From: Octopus bimaculoides | Lineage: Eukaryota | NCBI RefSeq assembly: GCF_001194135.2 | Contig: NC_069000.1 | Location: 18,188,781-18,221,709, forward strand | Reading direction: 5' to 3' | Length of the DNA stretch: 32,929 nt | Shown here: piece by piece, positions 22,112 to 32,929 of the stretch | How positions within the stretch are numbered: position 1 is the first letter of the stretch | How the letters are laid out: the number at the start of each line of letters is the position of its first letter | The notes under the pieces: generated by a model | The model's input: only the letters and a program-made list of their open reading frames with translations | Database searches by the model: none | What the model was told of the DNA's origin: nothing | Made by a program: the position numbers and the translations under genes

Positions 22112-22251
22112 TTAAACTTGTACGAGGGAATTTACAGGCACTTTTAAGTCCGATCGTTTGCCAATAAATTCCTTTAACTCTACCACAACCAGACACAGCT
22201 GCACGATTGCTTTTTCCTTTGTCATCAGCTCAACAGCAGCCTTTAAAGTTC
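22112..22251 (-). CDS. APRT: APRT coding exon 4, terminal (GTLKAAVELMTKEKAIVQLCLVVVELKEFIGKRSDLKVPVNSLVQV*)
   Basis: Acceptor ttcttgcag|, phase 1, completing TGGTL. Aligns without gaps to the human ELTSLKGREKLAPVP segment. TAA at 22114-22112. Total CDS 546 nt = 181 aa plus stop. Confidence 0.94.
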
Positions 22252-22317
22252 CTGCAAGAAAATGATGGAAGGTGACTGAGATTGCTAACATACAATAACA
22301 GCTGTGAAACAGTTTAA

Positions 22318-22480
22318 CTCATTAAAATTCAGATTACTCTGTGAAATGTAATAGTCTCTTTTTGCATTGTTTTGCATTAATCATTGCAGCTTTGAGATTT
22401 TAATGATGCGATGGTTTGTTATCAGAATGACATTGTAGAGTAAGTTTAAGAGCACAGATCTGGCTAGTTTTAGCAATAAC
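22318..22480. mobile_element. Degenerate TTAA-type MITE in APRT intron 3
   Basis: TTAA at 22314-22317, then sequence homologous to 32061-32230. Confidence 0.7.
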
Positions 22481-22691
22481 AAAAAAAAACATGCACATAC
22501 ACATTAATTATCAGTGATGAAAGTTGTATTAATATCAAAAGGTAGTCTGTATATCCAACTTAACATGGATGTCTTATTAGAACACTGAATACTGTGCTAT
22601 TAGCCTTGAGAGATCCTTTCATATAGGCACTTGGTGTGTAAATCACACACATCATAGCAAATGTGAACCATGTGTCATGGACACCAGAATT

Positions 22692-22695
22692 TATA

Positions 22696-22734
<39 letters not shown>

Positions 22735-22766
22735 GTACAAATATTTTATCTATGTGTGTATGTATG

Positions 22767-22814
<48 letters not shown>

Positions 22815-22872
22815 GATATATATATATACATATATACATACACACAGATATATATATATGTATGAGAGAGAG
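22692..22872. repeat. (TA)n/(TG)n compound microsatellite in APRT intron 3
   Basis: Read directly from the sequence. Confidence 0.95.
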
Positions 22873-23346
22873 AGCAATTAAATTGTGGAAGAATTGTTCT
22901 AGTAATTCAACATAGAATGCAGTTAAATTCAGTTTAGATTTTAAATTTATTTCATAAAATGTCAAATTTGTTGCCACAACTTATAACCTGGTCATGGACA
23001 CACTTCCACTTTAAGAGTTTCAAGGGTACCCTGATAGTGATTGCACCAGATTGCATTTATATGATCCCTTCTGCCTATCCTCTCACCGCTGTATACACTC
23101 ATTAGATCCCTTACTTGAAACGTCTACATTACAAACCCTCTCAACAAGGCTAGGTAGAAGATGGGGTAGAATTCTAAGAAGGCTAATGAGAACTGTTCCA
23201 TTTCCTTAACGTAACTAATAATTGACACACGTACACATGCACACATTCAAACTCTCATAAAGTTAAATGAAGAGGAAGTAGATAACAGAGATACACATCA
23301 ATATCAATACACAGACAATGATAATTGTTGAAAATAAAATATTTAC

Positions 23347-23425
23347 CTCCAGTAGCTAACAGGTCATCCACAATAACAATTTTCTGACCGCTCCTCACAG
23401 CTGTTGATTGTACTTCAAAAGAATC
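23347..23425 (-). CDS. APRT: APRT coding exon 3 ([26 protein letters not shown] + G)
   Basis: Contains the type I PRTase PRPP-binding motif [11 protein letters not shown]. 79 nt, the same length as human APRT exon 4. Acceptor ttgaag|, donor G|GTAAAT. Confidence 0.96.
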
Positions 23426-23588
23426 CTTCAATACAAACACAAAATCATTTTATTATATAAAAATCTATTTTAAGGAGTATAAATCTATTTTAGAGAGTAC
23501 TATACCACTCCATCTATCACACTGTTCCTTCTCTATTGCACAACATTGCTATGTACCATGACCACTCTCTAGCATTACTGTATAATAT

Positions 23589-23928
23589 TAATTTCAAATT
23601 TTGGCACAATGCCAGCAATTCCGAGGGAGGGGGTCAAGTTGATTGGAATGTAAAGATAGATGAAATGCCACTAAGCATTTTACCCAGCATGCTAACAATT
23701 CTGCCAGCTTGCTGCCTTCTATAAAATTGATTTCAAATTTTGGTACAAGGTCAGCAATTTCAGGGGAGTTGATTACACTGAGCCCCAACTGGTACTTATT
23801 TTATTCATCCTGAAAGGATGAAAGGCAAAGTCAACCTTGGTGGGATTTGAACCCAGAATGTAAAGATAGATGAAATGCTGCTAAACATTTTACTTGGTGT
23901 GCAAACGATTCTGTCAGCTTGTCACCTT
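23589..23928 (-). mobile_element. Two tandem copies of the abundant SINE in APRT intron 2 (23589-23718 internally deleted; 23726-23928)
   Basis: Reverse complements of the 8785 copy, with most CpGs converted to TG/CA. Confidence 0.85.
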
Positions 23929-24145
23929 AACATTATTGCATGATACAGCTATAAAAAAAAATTCTTCCACATCATTGCTGTTTTATTATATAATAACATC
24001 ACAATATACCATTGCTGTCCTTTTATACAACACTGCTACATACTATTGCTGTTCTATTAAGAAACAAAATTACTGTATAACATTACTGTTCTATTATATA
24101 ACAAAATTACTATATACCATTTCCCTTTTGCTATATACCATTCAA

Positions 24146-24706
24146 CATCATTGTCATCAAAATTTAACATCCATTTTTCATATTGGCATGAGTTGGATGG
24201 CTTGAGAGGAACTGGTAAGGTCAGGGGGCGACACCAAGTTCCATAGTCTGTTTTGGCTTGGTTTCTATGGCTGAATGCATTTCCTAATGCCAAACACTCT
24301 ACAGAGCATACAGGATGCCTTTTACGTGGCACCAGCACCCATACCAATGCTTCTTACATGGCACCTTGGTTTTAGGATCTCAACTGTGTTGTGGTGAGCA
24401 GGTCTCCTCAAGTACAGCAATGTGTCACATATCTCGGTCCTCTGTCATCTCCTTAGTAAGGTTCAGCATTTTGAGATTGGCCTTCACGATACACCATTGC
24501 TAGTTGCTTCTAAAACATTACAATACAACACTGCTGTTCTATTAAATAACATTACTAAACACTTATTGCTCTATTATCATCATCATCGTTTAATGTCCGC
24601 TTTCCATGCTAGCATGGGTTGGACAATTTGACTGAGGACTGACAAGCCAGAAGGCTGCAATCTGATCTGGCAGAGTTTCTACAGCTGGATGCCCTTCCCA
24701 ACGCCA
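24146..24706 (-). mobile_element. Two copies of a (GAT)n-tailed retroposon (24146-24485; 24577-24706) in APRT intron 2
   Basis: Shared tcatcatcgtttaa..ccatgctagcatgggttgga..ctggatgcccttcc..acgcc. Another decayed copy lies at about 31604-31715. Confidence 0.7.
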
Positions 24707-24908
24707 TATTATATAACATATATAACATAATATTTCTCTGTATGTGTGTACATGCATATAATTGTATTATACACTTGTTATTGTGGATGTAAGTCAGTGT
24801 GTGTTCAGATTCATGCCTATTATTAAGTGTAAGTATCTATATGTGTATGTATACATGTGCATGTGTGCAGATGCAAACACTTATAAAAGAAAAATGAGAA
24901 AACATTAC

Positions 24909-25146
24909 CTCGCCATATTCAAGTTTGAAATTTACTGAATATGTTGGTCCTGGCAATTTTCCCTTCTTGCGAATAGGAACAAAACCTACATTTAATTCGG
25001 TAGCAATAAGAGGCCCGAAAAGGAATCCCCTAGCTTCGAGTCCAACAATTAGTTCAACGTCTGGAGCATGTTCTTTTATTACTTCAACCATTTTGGAAAT
25101 GAGGCCCTTGAAGACTGGAGGGTTTTGTAAAACTGGTAAAACATCA
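24909..25146 (-). CDS. APRT: APRT coding exon 2 (DVLPVLQNPP...GLEARGFLFG...IRKKGKLPG...LEYGE)
   Basis: Overlaps ORF 24837-25091. Contains the APRT motifs GLEARGF, PIRKKGKLPG and LEYG. Acceptor ttgcag| at 25147, donor GAG|GTAATG. 238 nt, in phase with exon 1. Confidence 0.97.
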
Positions 25147-25171
25147 CTGCAAACGGAGAGATTTATTTAAA

Positions 25172-25389
25172 TATTGGTTTCAAATTTTGGCACAAGGCCA
25201 GAAATTTCAGAGGAAGGGCTAAGTCGAATTCATCAACTTCAGTGCTTAACTGGTACTTATTTTATAAATCTCAAAGGGTTGAAAGTCAAAGTCAACCCCA
25301 GTGGCATTTGAACACAGAATGTAAAGTCAGAAGAAATGGCGCTAAGCATTTTGTCCAATGTGGTAACAAGTCTGCCAAGTTGCTGCCTT
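25172..25389 (-). mobile_element. Full-length abundant SINE in APRT intron 1
   Basis: Reverse complement of the 8785 copy. It ends about 25 nt from the exon 2 acceptor. Confidence 0.88.
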
Positions 25390-26509
25390 GAGATTATTTT
25401 AAATATTGAAGTAAGTATGTGGGGGTGTATAAGAAGTACACCAACTCAGATAGCTGAGATGGTATTGAGAGTGAACCACCACACACATGCATGAGGGCAT
25501 TATGGGTGCACCAATACACATGAAAGCAGGCATGTGGGTACACAAACTTTGCACATGTACAAGCAGGTATTGGTGAATTCACAATTAATATAGGTAGGTA
25601 CTTGATTATAATTGTTCTTATGCTAATATAAATAAACCACTAACGGTTTCCAAAGTTAGTGAAAACGCTTATTCGCTAAATGTAAAGTTAGCTTTGCTGA
25701 TTAGCTGTTAGCAGAACCTTGCCCACCACTGACAATAAATATGTTACTGTTTATGTCTTTGATATCCTGGCAATCAACTTTTAAAAAATTACAGAGAAAA
25801 TATGTTTTTCAAATAACCACCCTTTTAAAACTGTAAATGAATATCTTTTGAGATAGTTTGTCTAATTTTTCCTTAAAATATTTCACAATTTGGAGTCTTC
25901 ATCTTTTAACATTATGGTACACAATACTTTGAGCAGTCTTTCAATATTCTGATTGGTAAATGTTCAGTTTTGTGACATTAAAAAAAGTAAAAAAAGTTGA
26001 GGGGGAGATAACTAGTATAGGGACACAAGTCAACATAAACACTAGATATTATTTACTTTGGATTGATCAGAATGGCACGTGGAAGACCAGTGGGACCACA
26101 ATTCATTGTTCCTGAAATTGAAATCCTCAACCATGAATCAATCTTAGAATATCACCCAATTAGCCGAATCACGTGACAAGATTTTTCTGTGGTTGGCACG
26201 GTGTTGACTAATCATGAATTTATACATGTGCAAAAATTATAATTCGCCATGTTACCTTACTACAGTAAATGGACTTATGTATGGCCTTTTACTAGTTATC
26301 TCCCCCTTAATTTTTATTTACTTTTTAAATATCACTAAACTAAACAATTACCTTCTGATTTTTCAGTCATTTGAACTTTGACTTTCTCACATCCAGCATA
26401 TGAAATTTTTAGTAAACTTTAAAATGGGTAACAGTAGTTATTCAAATACTGAAAAGAAACGAAGAAATAAGACAAAAATAAGAATAAGGTGAAAGAAAGT
26501 GTTGCCTAC

Positions 26510-26598
26510 CAAAAGTTAATCCCTTTCTTGGGAAAATCTGGGAAATATTTCAACACTTCTTTGATTTTGACGACCCTTTCATCTTCTTCAGTTTTCAT
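26510..26598 (-). CDS. APRT: APRT coding exon 1 (MKTEEDERVVKIKEVLKYFPDFPKKGINF + TG)
   Basis: Manual minus-strand translation gives the APRT N-terminal FPDFPxxGIxF motif. Ends at donor TG|GTAGGC (phase 2). The ATG lies 14 nt into an exon that starts after the acceptor ttttttactctttcag (exon start 26612). Confidence 0.93.
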
Positions 26599-27442
26599 TT
26601 CTGCAATATTATCTGAAAGAGTAAAAAACAAATGGGTTCCTTAAAATTCCAAGAAGCATTTGGCACCTGTTGAAACCTACAAGCTTGTCGTGCTCACATT
26701 CTCTAGATAATATACCAGAGGGGCAAAAACATCTTCAGATGTGACTCATAGATGTGTAATGGGAGTAAGGTAGGAAAATAGATTTCATAGAGGGCATGTA
26801 TTGTAGTATTGGAATCAAGTTAGATGTATAATAGGTATCGAATAAAACAGTAACAAGTTTCAGAACATGCTTCATGGCGTCATAGGAAAGAAAAGGGTAC
26901 CACTTTTTCCTTCAATTTTCTCTAGTATTTTTTTTTTTTTTCCACACGTGCACCCGCTTTTATAACCTTTTTTTCTCCCATGAGGTGTAGGATATCTATT
27001 CTGAAATTTTGTCGCGAAATCAGCTCTGATCCAGGAAAACACCCACGAACATTTGAACTACGATATCTATCAGAGCGATAAAGCAACCTAGAAGTTAGTG
27101 CGAGCAGTGGACAAAAGAGGTGCACACACACATAACTAAACGATGTCATAGAGGACGGGATTTCTTCTTTAAAGAAAACTTTGAGTTTCACTGCTTCGAA
27201 GAAAAACAAAAACATTTATTATTTGAATACATAGGTATCGTTCTTCTGAATATTAGCCTGAGCAACGTACAGAACGTAGAACCAGTGCTAACTGTGTACC
27301 ATAAAGCTACACCCTCTAAGTTTTAAAATTGAATACATCGTTCGACTTTAAAGCAACAGCATATATATATATATATATATTGAAAGCTTTGAACAATGGT
27401 ATTTGTATAAAGAAAACAAAAAGTATAATTGATGGATTCTAC

Positions 27443-27560
27443 CTAAGCTATTAACGGTACTTCGTACAACTGTGAACGGAGAAAAGTGAAACAAAATAAT
27501 CATCTACGCAAGACGGAATGTAACACCGACCGGTGACAGATGAAAATAGTTAACATCAAA
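27443..27560 (-). other. Candidate non-coding first exon (5' UTR) of APRT
   Basis: The ATG exon is preceded by a canonical acceptor, so an upstream exon is expected. The best donor I see is CTTAG|GTAGAA at 27443/27442, in CpG-retaining unique sequence. The upstream boundary is a guess. Confidence 0.35.
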
Positions 27561-28164
27561 AACATAGTCCGTATCTCTCTACCTTGTATGCTGAAACTAT
27601 TATATACTATCGTGGTTTATTAAAACTTAAGTTTGTGAATAACAAGGCAATTTATTCAAAATCCCATTTTTCTCGTGCAGTTTCAAAATAACAGGAGTTT
27701 ATACAACTCATTTAAAGAATCCAATTTCCGTTATATAAATAGAAAAAAAGTAAGAAAGAAAGAAAGAAAATAAATATGCACAATTTAAAAGGATTGCATA
27801 AATTCATGATGTTACAAAAAGAAATAATGTAAGGCACAGTGCAGCTTCTGTTTACTAAAATGCGCATCTATAGAGCACCTGATATATAAGCGGTGAGCAA
27901 CGCCCCCTACCGATAGGTGGTGGACTATGTCATCTGTATCCGTCATATGACTGATAGCTGTATTGTCAGTTGTGATGATGGTGCTAATGATTTATTAATC
28001 AGTGTATGGCCCACTTCAAGTTAACAGTGGAAGAGGGCTTCTTTTTGAAGAGGGAACTTGCGATTTGCAGTATCAACAATACCAATCACTGAGAAGAGTC
28101 ATCGCTGGCAAAAGGAAAATTATTCTCAATTCAAATAAAAGGAAAAAAGTAAGGAGGCATCAAC

Positions 28165-28216
28165 ATGCCTTCATCTAAGAAGGACGGAGTACGAGAAACA
28201 GGCGGACAGGTTGACA
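28165..28216 (+). CDS. Candidate first coding exon of an unidentified gene divergent from APRT (MPSSKKDGVRETGGQVD)
   Basis: CAACATG start context, in-frame stop upstream at 28150, strong donor ACA|GTGAGT at 28217. No downstream exon or homology recognised. Confidence 0.25.
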
Positions 28217-29059
28217 GTGAGTACATAGTTTATATATATACATATACCTGGTGCGTAGTGTATGTATAAAGTGCCCATCACAAGCGGTGATGGCGAGCGG
28301 GGTCATAAACAGTTTTTTTAATCTATGTGTCTGTGTGGGCAACTGTTCTCGATCTCGAAGAAGGAAGCTTCTGTTTGTCCTCATGGAGGATCACCCACCG
28401 ATGATGTTTGAATATTGATGGATCTTTTCGTGGGAGTCGTTAGGGGAAGATATCTGTCATGCATGACCATGCATCTTCCGATTCACGACACATTAATAGC
28501 TTCAGTCGGTACTTAAAAATATCTTCGCTTGACAGTTCTCTTTGTTGATCTGAGACTAGCTCAATAACAATATCGAAGATATTTACAGGACAAAACAAGG
28601 TTGGGAATATGTTATAAATATTAAACATTATTTGTGTCATATTCAGTTAAGAGCAGTTATGGATAATTGTTTCTGGTTTGTTTGTCTTTTTTTTTTAATT
28701 TCAAGGAAATAACCAAAATACGGAAATCAATTGATTACATGAGTCCATGAATGCCTGTGCAATGCTTTCGATCAGCACATTTATTTATTTGTGTATATGA
28801 TTTTGTATGCTTGTTCTGTATTTGTGTGTGAGTACGTTTGTATACATGCATATGTAAGTAATATGTATGAAGTTAATTACAACAGATAATTAAACAGTTT
28901 ACAGCTATATTCTAGTGAAATTGTGATGTTTGCTGTTGTGTTTATGCTGTTAGTGGATTATACGTATAATGTGTGTGTATGTGTATAACAAATATTTTTA
29001 TGGAGAGAATTTGCCTTTGTTTCGCTGTGTGTATATTCTGAACCTTTCTTTCCGTGTTT

Positions 29060-31085
29060 TCGTTTCTGCTATGAGCCAAGCTTCCTCTAATCACACCTCA
29101 CCGTCTTAAAATGAAATGACACTTTGTATAAGGTAGCCCTGAACATTCAAACATAACTAAATAAATAAAAGAATGGCCATGACTGGAACACCTTTGTAAG
29201 TTTGCGCGATCAGAGTTGATTTAGTGCTAAACAACATCTATAATAATGGCTATCACCGTAGCTTAAGAGGCGTGTATCTGCCGAGATAGCGACAGGTCAG
29301 TTCCTGAATGAAAAGACTTCATTTAATTTACCGTCGTTTATGTTAAGAAAGGCATGATCGTTTCTTCCCCAGCTTTTTAATAAATCATCATTGTTATTTT
29401 CTATGTCTGTCTAACCCCCAACCCCTAACTCTCTCACGTTATATATATATATATATATNNNNNNNNNNNNNNNNNNNNNNNNNNNNNNNNNNNNNNNNNN
29501 NNNNNNNNNNNNNNNNNNNNNNNNNNNNNNNNNNNNNTCTCGCCTAAATATACCCTCAAACTACAAAGTTGGTTATGGCTAGAAACGCTTTTGATCAGCT
29601 CGATCAGAACTGGCCTAGGGCTAAACTACGTCGGCGACAATAATACCCAGAACCCTTGAGTTTCATGTAATAACAACTGTTACACAAACAGTTTAACTAG
29701 TGATATCCCCGTAAGTCAGGGCCGCGGAGTAATTTGTAAGCGTTTTCGACTCCAAAAATTATTTAAGTATCGTTTTACTTTCGTTTTCCCATGCTGACAT
29801 GAGTTGGGCCTGTATTACAACATCCCGCCCCCGTTCCGTGGTCCATTGTCGGTTTGCACACAGCAACTGAGTAAACCCACCAGTTTTTCTTGTGTATAAT
29901 GCATGCACAACACTGTAAAAGAGTAGTTGTCTCATACAAGAAGACTAAAGCGACCCCTCAACTCTGTTCATATTTGGAGTTATTGCTCAACAAGTAGTTT
30001 TGGGTGTGGTTTGCAGGTTCCATGGCTTGTTTGTACAATTCATTTTAGGTGCTATGGAAACAACCATTTTACAGGAATAAGAGCCCTATATACCTTGTGT
30101 TAGGTCATCCTCAGAGTTGTTACCTTCCTAGATAGATAGCTTATAATGTGGCTTGTAGGGTCCATCTCCTTTGAACATTCTATATACTTACAAAATTAGC
30201 AAATGTTTCTATCAAATTAATTTTATGTTTAAAGAGAACTCAATACTATTAATAGAGTACATTTACAGTATATAACAGTTCCAGCTACATTATATCTTGT
30301 TTATCAGATATCTCTCAAGCAGGAGTGGCTGGTAGTGAGTTGCAATGCAATCAAATGAGACTGCTTAACTACATCTGAGGATAGGCTCAGCGTCCCATAA
30401 TATTTCTATATTTGTGATGTTATTAGTTCAGCATTTTGATGAAACTTGTACATGTGCTATAAAACATTGAATACCATACCTGGTTTCTGCTTATTTCTTT
30501 GTCATTTCATTTTTTTTATATATAGTGGAATAGAAAAAGGAAATAGGAGGCTATGATATTCATGCTTCTCCCAAGAACATGTATGATCCTAGGTATAATT
30601 ATGTTATTCAGTTGTGCACCATCATACTACAATAAACAACTATAACAAGAGTTACAGCCATCCAATGAGGGAAGCTATATGTAGTCACTCAACCTGATAA
30701 CAACTGCATCTTAATTTAACCTCCAACCACACTGTACCACCTTTGAAAAAAACTTGTTGAATACTGTAATCCAGGTTGTTAAAACTAAAGAGGAAAAGAT
30801 TAGTGGGATTGGTTATATGTCTGCTCAAACAGGAACAGCTTGAGGCTAAGCCAATAAGTGATATATGGGTCAAAAAAGGAGCTTTACATGGTCACCCTAC
30901 TGGCTAGAAAAAACAATCAAATTTCCCTCAAATCACATCTCTGTTGATTTAAAAGAGGGAAAAACACATTGAACAATGCAGTAATCCTTGATATATAAAA
31001 GGATGGATGATCATAGCTTGAATACCTTTCGTCATAGGACTGCTTGATCACAACTGGCCCTGGAGCAAAACAACATCAGCCAGTA
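29060..31085 (+). repeat. Three decayed copies of an unclassified repeat (about 29060-29238, 29570-29630, 30860-31085)
   Basis: Shared motif atgg(c/t)catg(a/g)ctggaa..cttt..gatcag..ctg..ct(a/g)aacaaca. Unique sequence and a gap lie between the copies. Confidence 0.5.
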
Positions 31086-31179
31086 ATAACAGCAACAGTT
31101 GCTACAGTTCAAGGCTTGGTTTCTTAACCAACCACCTGACACTTTTCTTCTGTCTTAATCTCCTACATCCTATATTCAA

Positions 31180-31215
<36 letters not shown>

Positions 31216-31284
31216 TGTTTTTAGCTGTCTGTGTTCAGCTGCATGTGTTTATACATGTATTTTATCAATATTTATAAAAGCATA

Positions 31285-31500
31285 AAGGTAGTGAGCTGGC
31301 AGAATTGTTAGCATGCTGGGCAAAATGCTTAGCAGCATTTCATCTGTCTTTACATTCTGAGTTCAAATTCTGCTGAGGTCAACTTTGCCTTTCATTTCTT
31401 CAGGGTTGGTAAAATAAGTACCAGTTGAACACTGAGGTTGATGTAATCAATTTACCCTCTCTCCCGAAGTTGCTGGCCTTGTGCCAAGAATGTAAACCAA
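31285..31500 (+). mobile_element. Full-length abundant SINE, CpG-depleted
   Basis: aaggtagtgagctggcagaattgttagcatgctggg versus aaggcggcgagttggcagaatcgctagcacgccagg at 8785. Confidence 0.9.
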
Positions 31501-32008
31501 TATGTAAATAAGCATACTTGTATTGTCATATATACAAATAAGCATGTGTCATATCAGTATATATGCCTGTCTGTATTATAAGTATATAGGCAATGTCATC
31601 GTCATCATCATTATTTAACATTGGTTTTAACATTGGCATGGACTGGACAGTTTGACAGGATGTGACCCTATGGCAAGCCATAAGGTCACATCATGCCCCA
31701 ATGTCAGCTTTGGCATGTGTGTGTGTGTGTAATCCAGCACGCCCAGTTACATGGTTAGGCTGACTGCAACTAATCTAGCACCTCCACCATGCTAGCATGA
31801 TGAATAGGTTTGCTAGAAATCCATTTGGACAAAAAAAAAAGACCCGTATCTGTCAATATGATGTGTAAACTTAATGTAGAGGAAATGACTATCTATCAAT
31901 AGAGCTCAAGGACATAGAAATACTCAAGATGATAAGCAAAAAATCTGTAAAATTACTAGGAGTGATAGATAGACTTGTGCTCTTTAGCTCTGATAACTTC
32001 ACTTTTAG

Positions 32009-32452
32009 ACCTTTAGCATTTAATCCAGCCACATCTGGCCAAAATATTCTGCATGTTTAACCCTTTAGCATTCAGATTTCTTTGTCAAATGTATTGCTTA
32101 TTTATTCATATTGTTTTGAATTAATCATGCATTATCTTGTAGCTTTGAGATTTCAATGGTGTGTTTATTATATTTTTAGAATGACATTGTAAGGGAGGCG
32201 TAAGAGATTGGATCTGGTCAGTTTTAACATAAAACAGGGAAAATATTTGAGCCAGATATGGTTGGATTAAATGCTAAAGGGTTTATGTTCAAACTGGCCA
32301 GATCTGGCCTCTGACAGCTACCCTAGAATGTCATTTTGTACACAAACAATCACATCATCGAAATCTCAAGGCTACAAAATAATGCAGGATAAATTCTAAA
32401 CGATGTGAATAAATATGCATAACAACTGACAGAGTAATCTGAATGCTAAAGG
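32009..32452. mobile_element. TTAA-type MITE carrying an inverted copy of the same family (32061-32281)
   Basis: Outer ends acctttagcatt..aatgctaaagg|TTAA. Inner TTAA|ccctttagcatt..aatgctaaaggg|TTTA. Confidence 0.88.
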
Positions 32453-32663
32453 TTAATGCTTTGTTGTCCACTTGTCCATAGCTGCATGGCTCAGCTGGAG
32501 TTTATTGAGGCAGATTTTCTATGGCTAGACATGTTTCCATAGAATATTGGAAATGACTAACTCTGCTTGTATGACAACGACACTCATTTACGACTATCAC
32601 ATTATGTCAAGGCAAAGCAACACACACACACACACACACACACACATATGCATTCATACTCTC

Positions 32664-32929
32664 TCTTTACTCTTTTACTTGTTTCAGTCAATTGACTGTG
32701 GCCATGCTAGGGCACCGCCTTTAGTCGAGCAAAATCGACCCTAGGACTTATTCTTTGGAAGCCTAGTACTTATTCTATTGGTCTCTTTTGCCAAACTGCT
32801 AAGTTACAGAGACATAAACACACCAGCATCGGTTGTCAAGCGATGTTGGGGAGACAAACACAGACACACAAACATACATATATATACATATATACGATGG
32901 GCTTCTTTCAGTTACTGTCTACTAAATCC
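32664..32929 (-). mobile_element. Microsatellite-containing SINE, cut by the window edge
   Basis: Highly similar to 20281-20640. Confidence 0.88.

Larger units (their letters stand above)
3708..29537. other. Seven assembly gaps: 3708-4166, 4881-5607, 9717-10648, 12818-13151, 16023-16129, 20514-20573, 29459-29537
   Basis: N runs, most of them adjoining microsatellites. Confidence 1.

Noticed and set aside
28440-28640. Minus-strand 66-aa ORF and neighbouring 28175-28384 ORF upstream of APRT
   Set aside because: No motif, no splice support linking them to APRT, and lengths expected by chance.

Overview
Eukaryotic genomic scaffold: AT-rich, microsatellite-dense, with seven N gaps. The repeat families and composition look like an octopus/coleoid cephalopod genome (inference from pattern recognition, not a search). 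The only protein-coding gene I can support is an intact, spliced adenine phosphoribosyltransferase (APRT) on the minus strand. It has four coding exons (26598-26510, 25146-24909, 23425-23347, 22251-22112) giving 181 aa, all GT-AG, with three intron positions matching human APRT. Most of the rest is transposon material: several tRNA-derived SINE families (some full length with TSDs), a TTAA-flanked piggyBac-like MITE family with two nested insertions, mariner and pogo-like remnants, and RTE, R4/Dong and CR1/L2-type LINE fragments. Almost all other ORFs in the track are microsatellite, gap or TE artefacts. I see no evidence of a novel multi-gene system, CRISPR array or true RNA gene. The best leads are: a CpG-decay footprint suggesting gene-body methylation and a divergent gene sharing the APRT promoter; an inverted pair of full-length SINEs (potential ADAR substrate); SINE stacking in (ATT)n tracts with CpG-decay-created poly(A) signals behind APRT; and an orphan ETS/E-box promoter-like element at about 5.7 kb.
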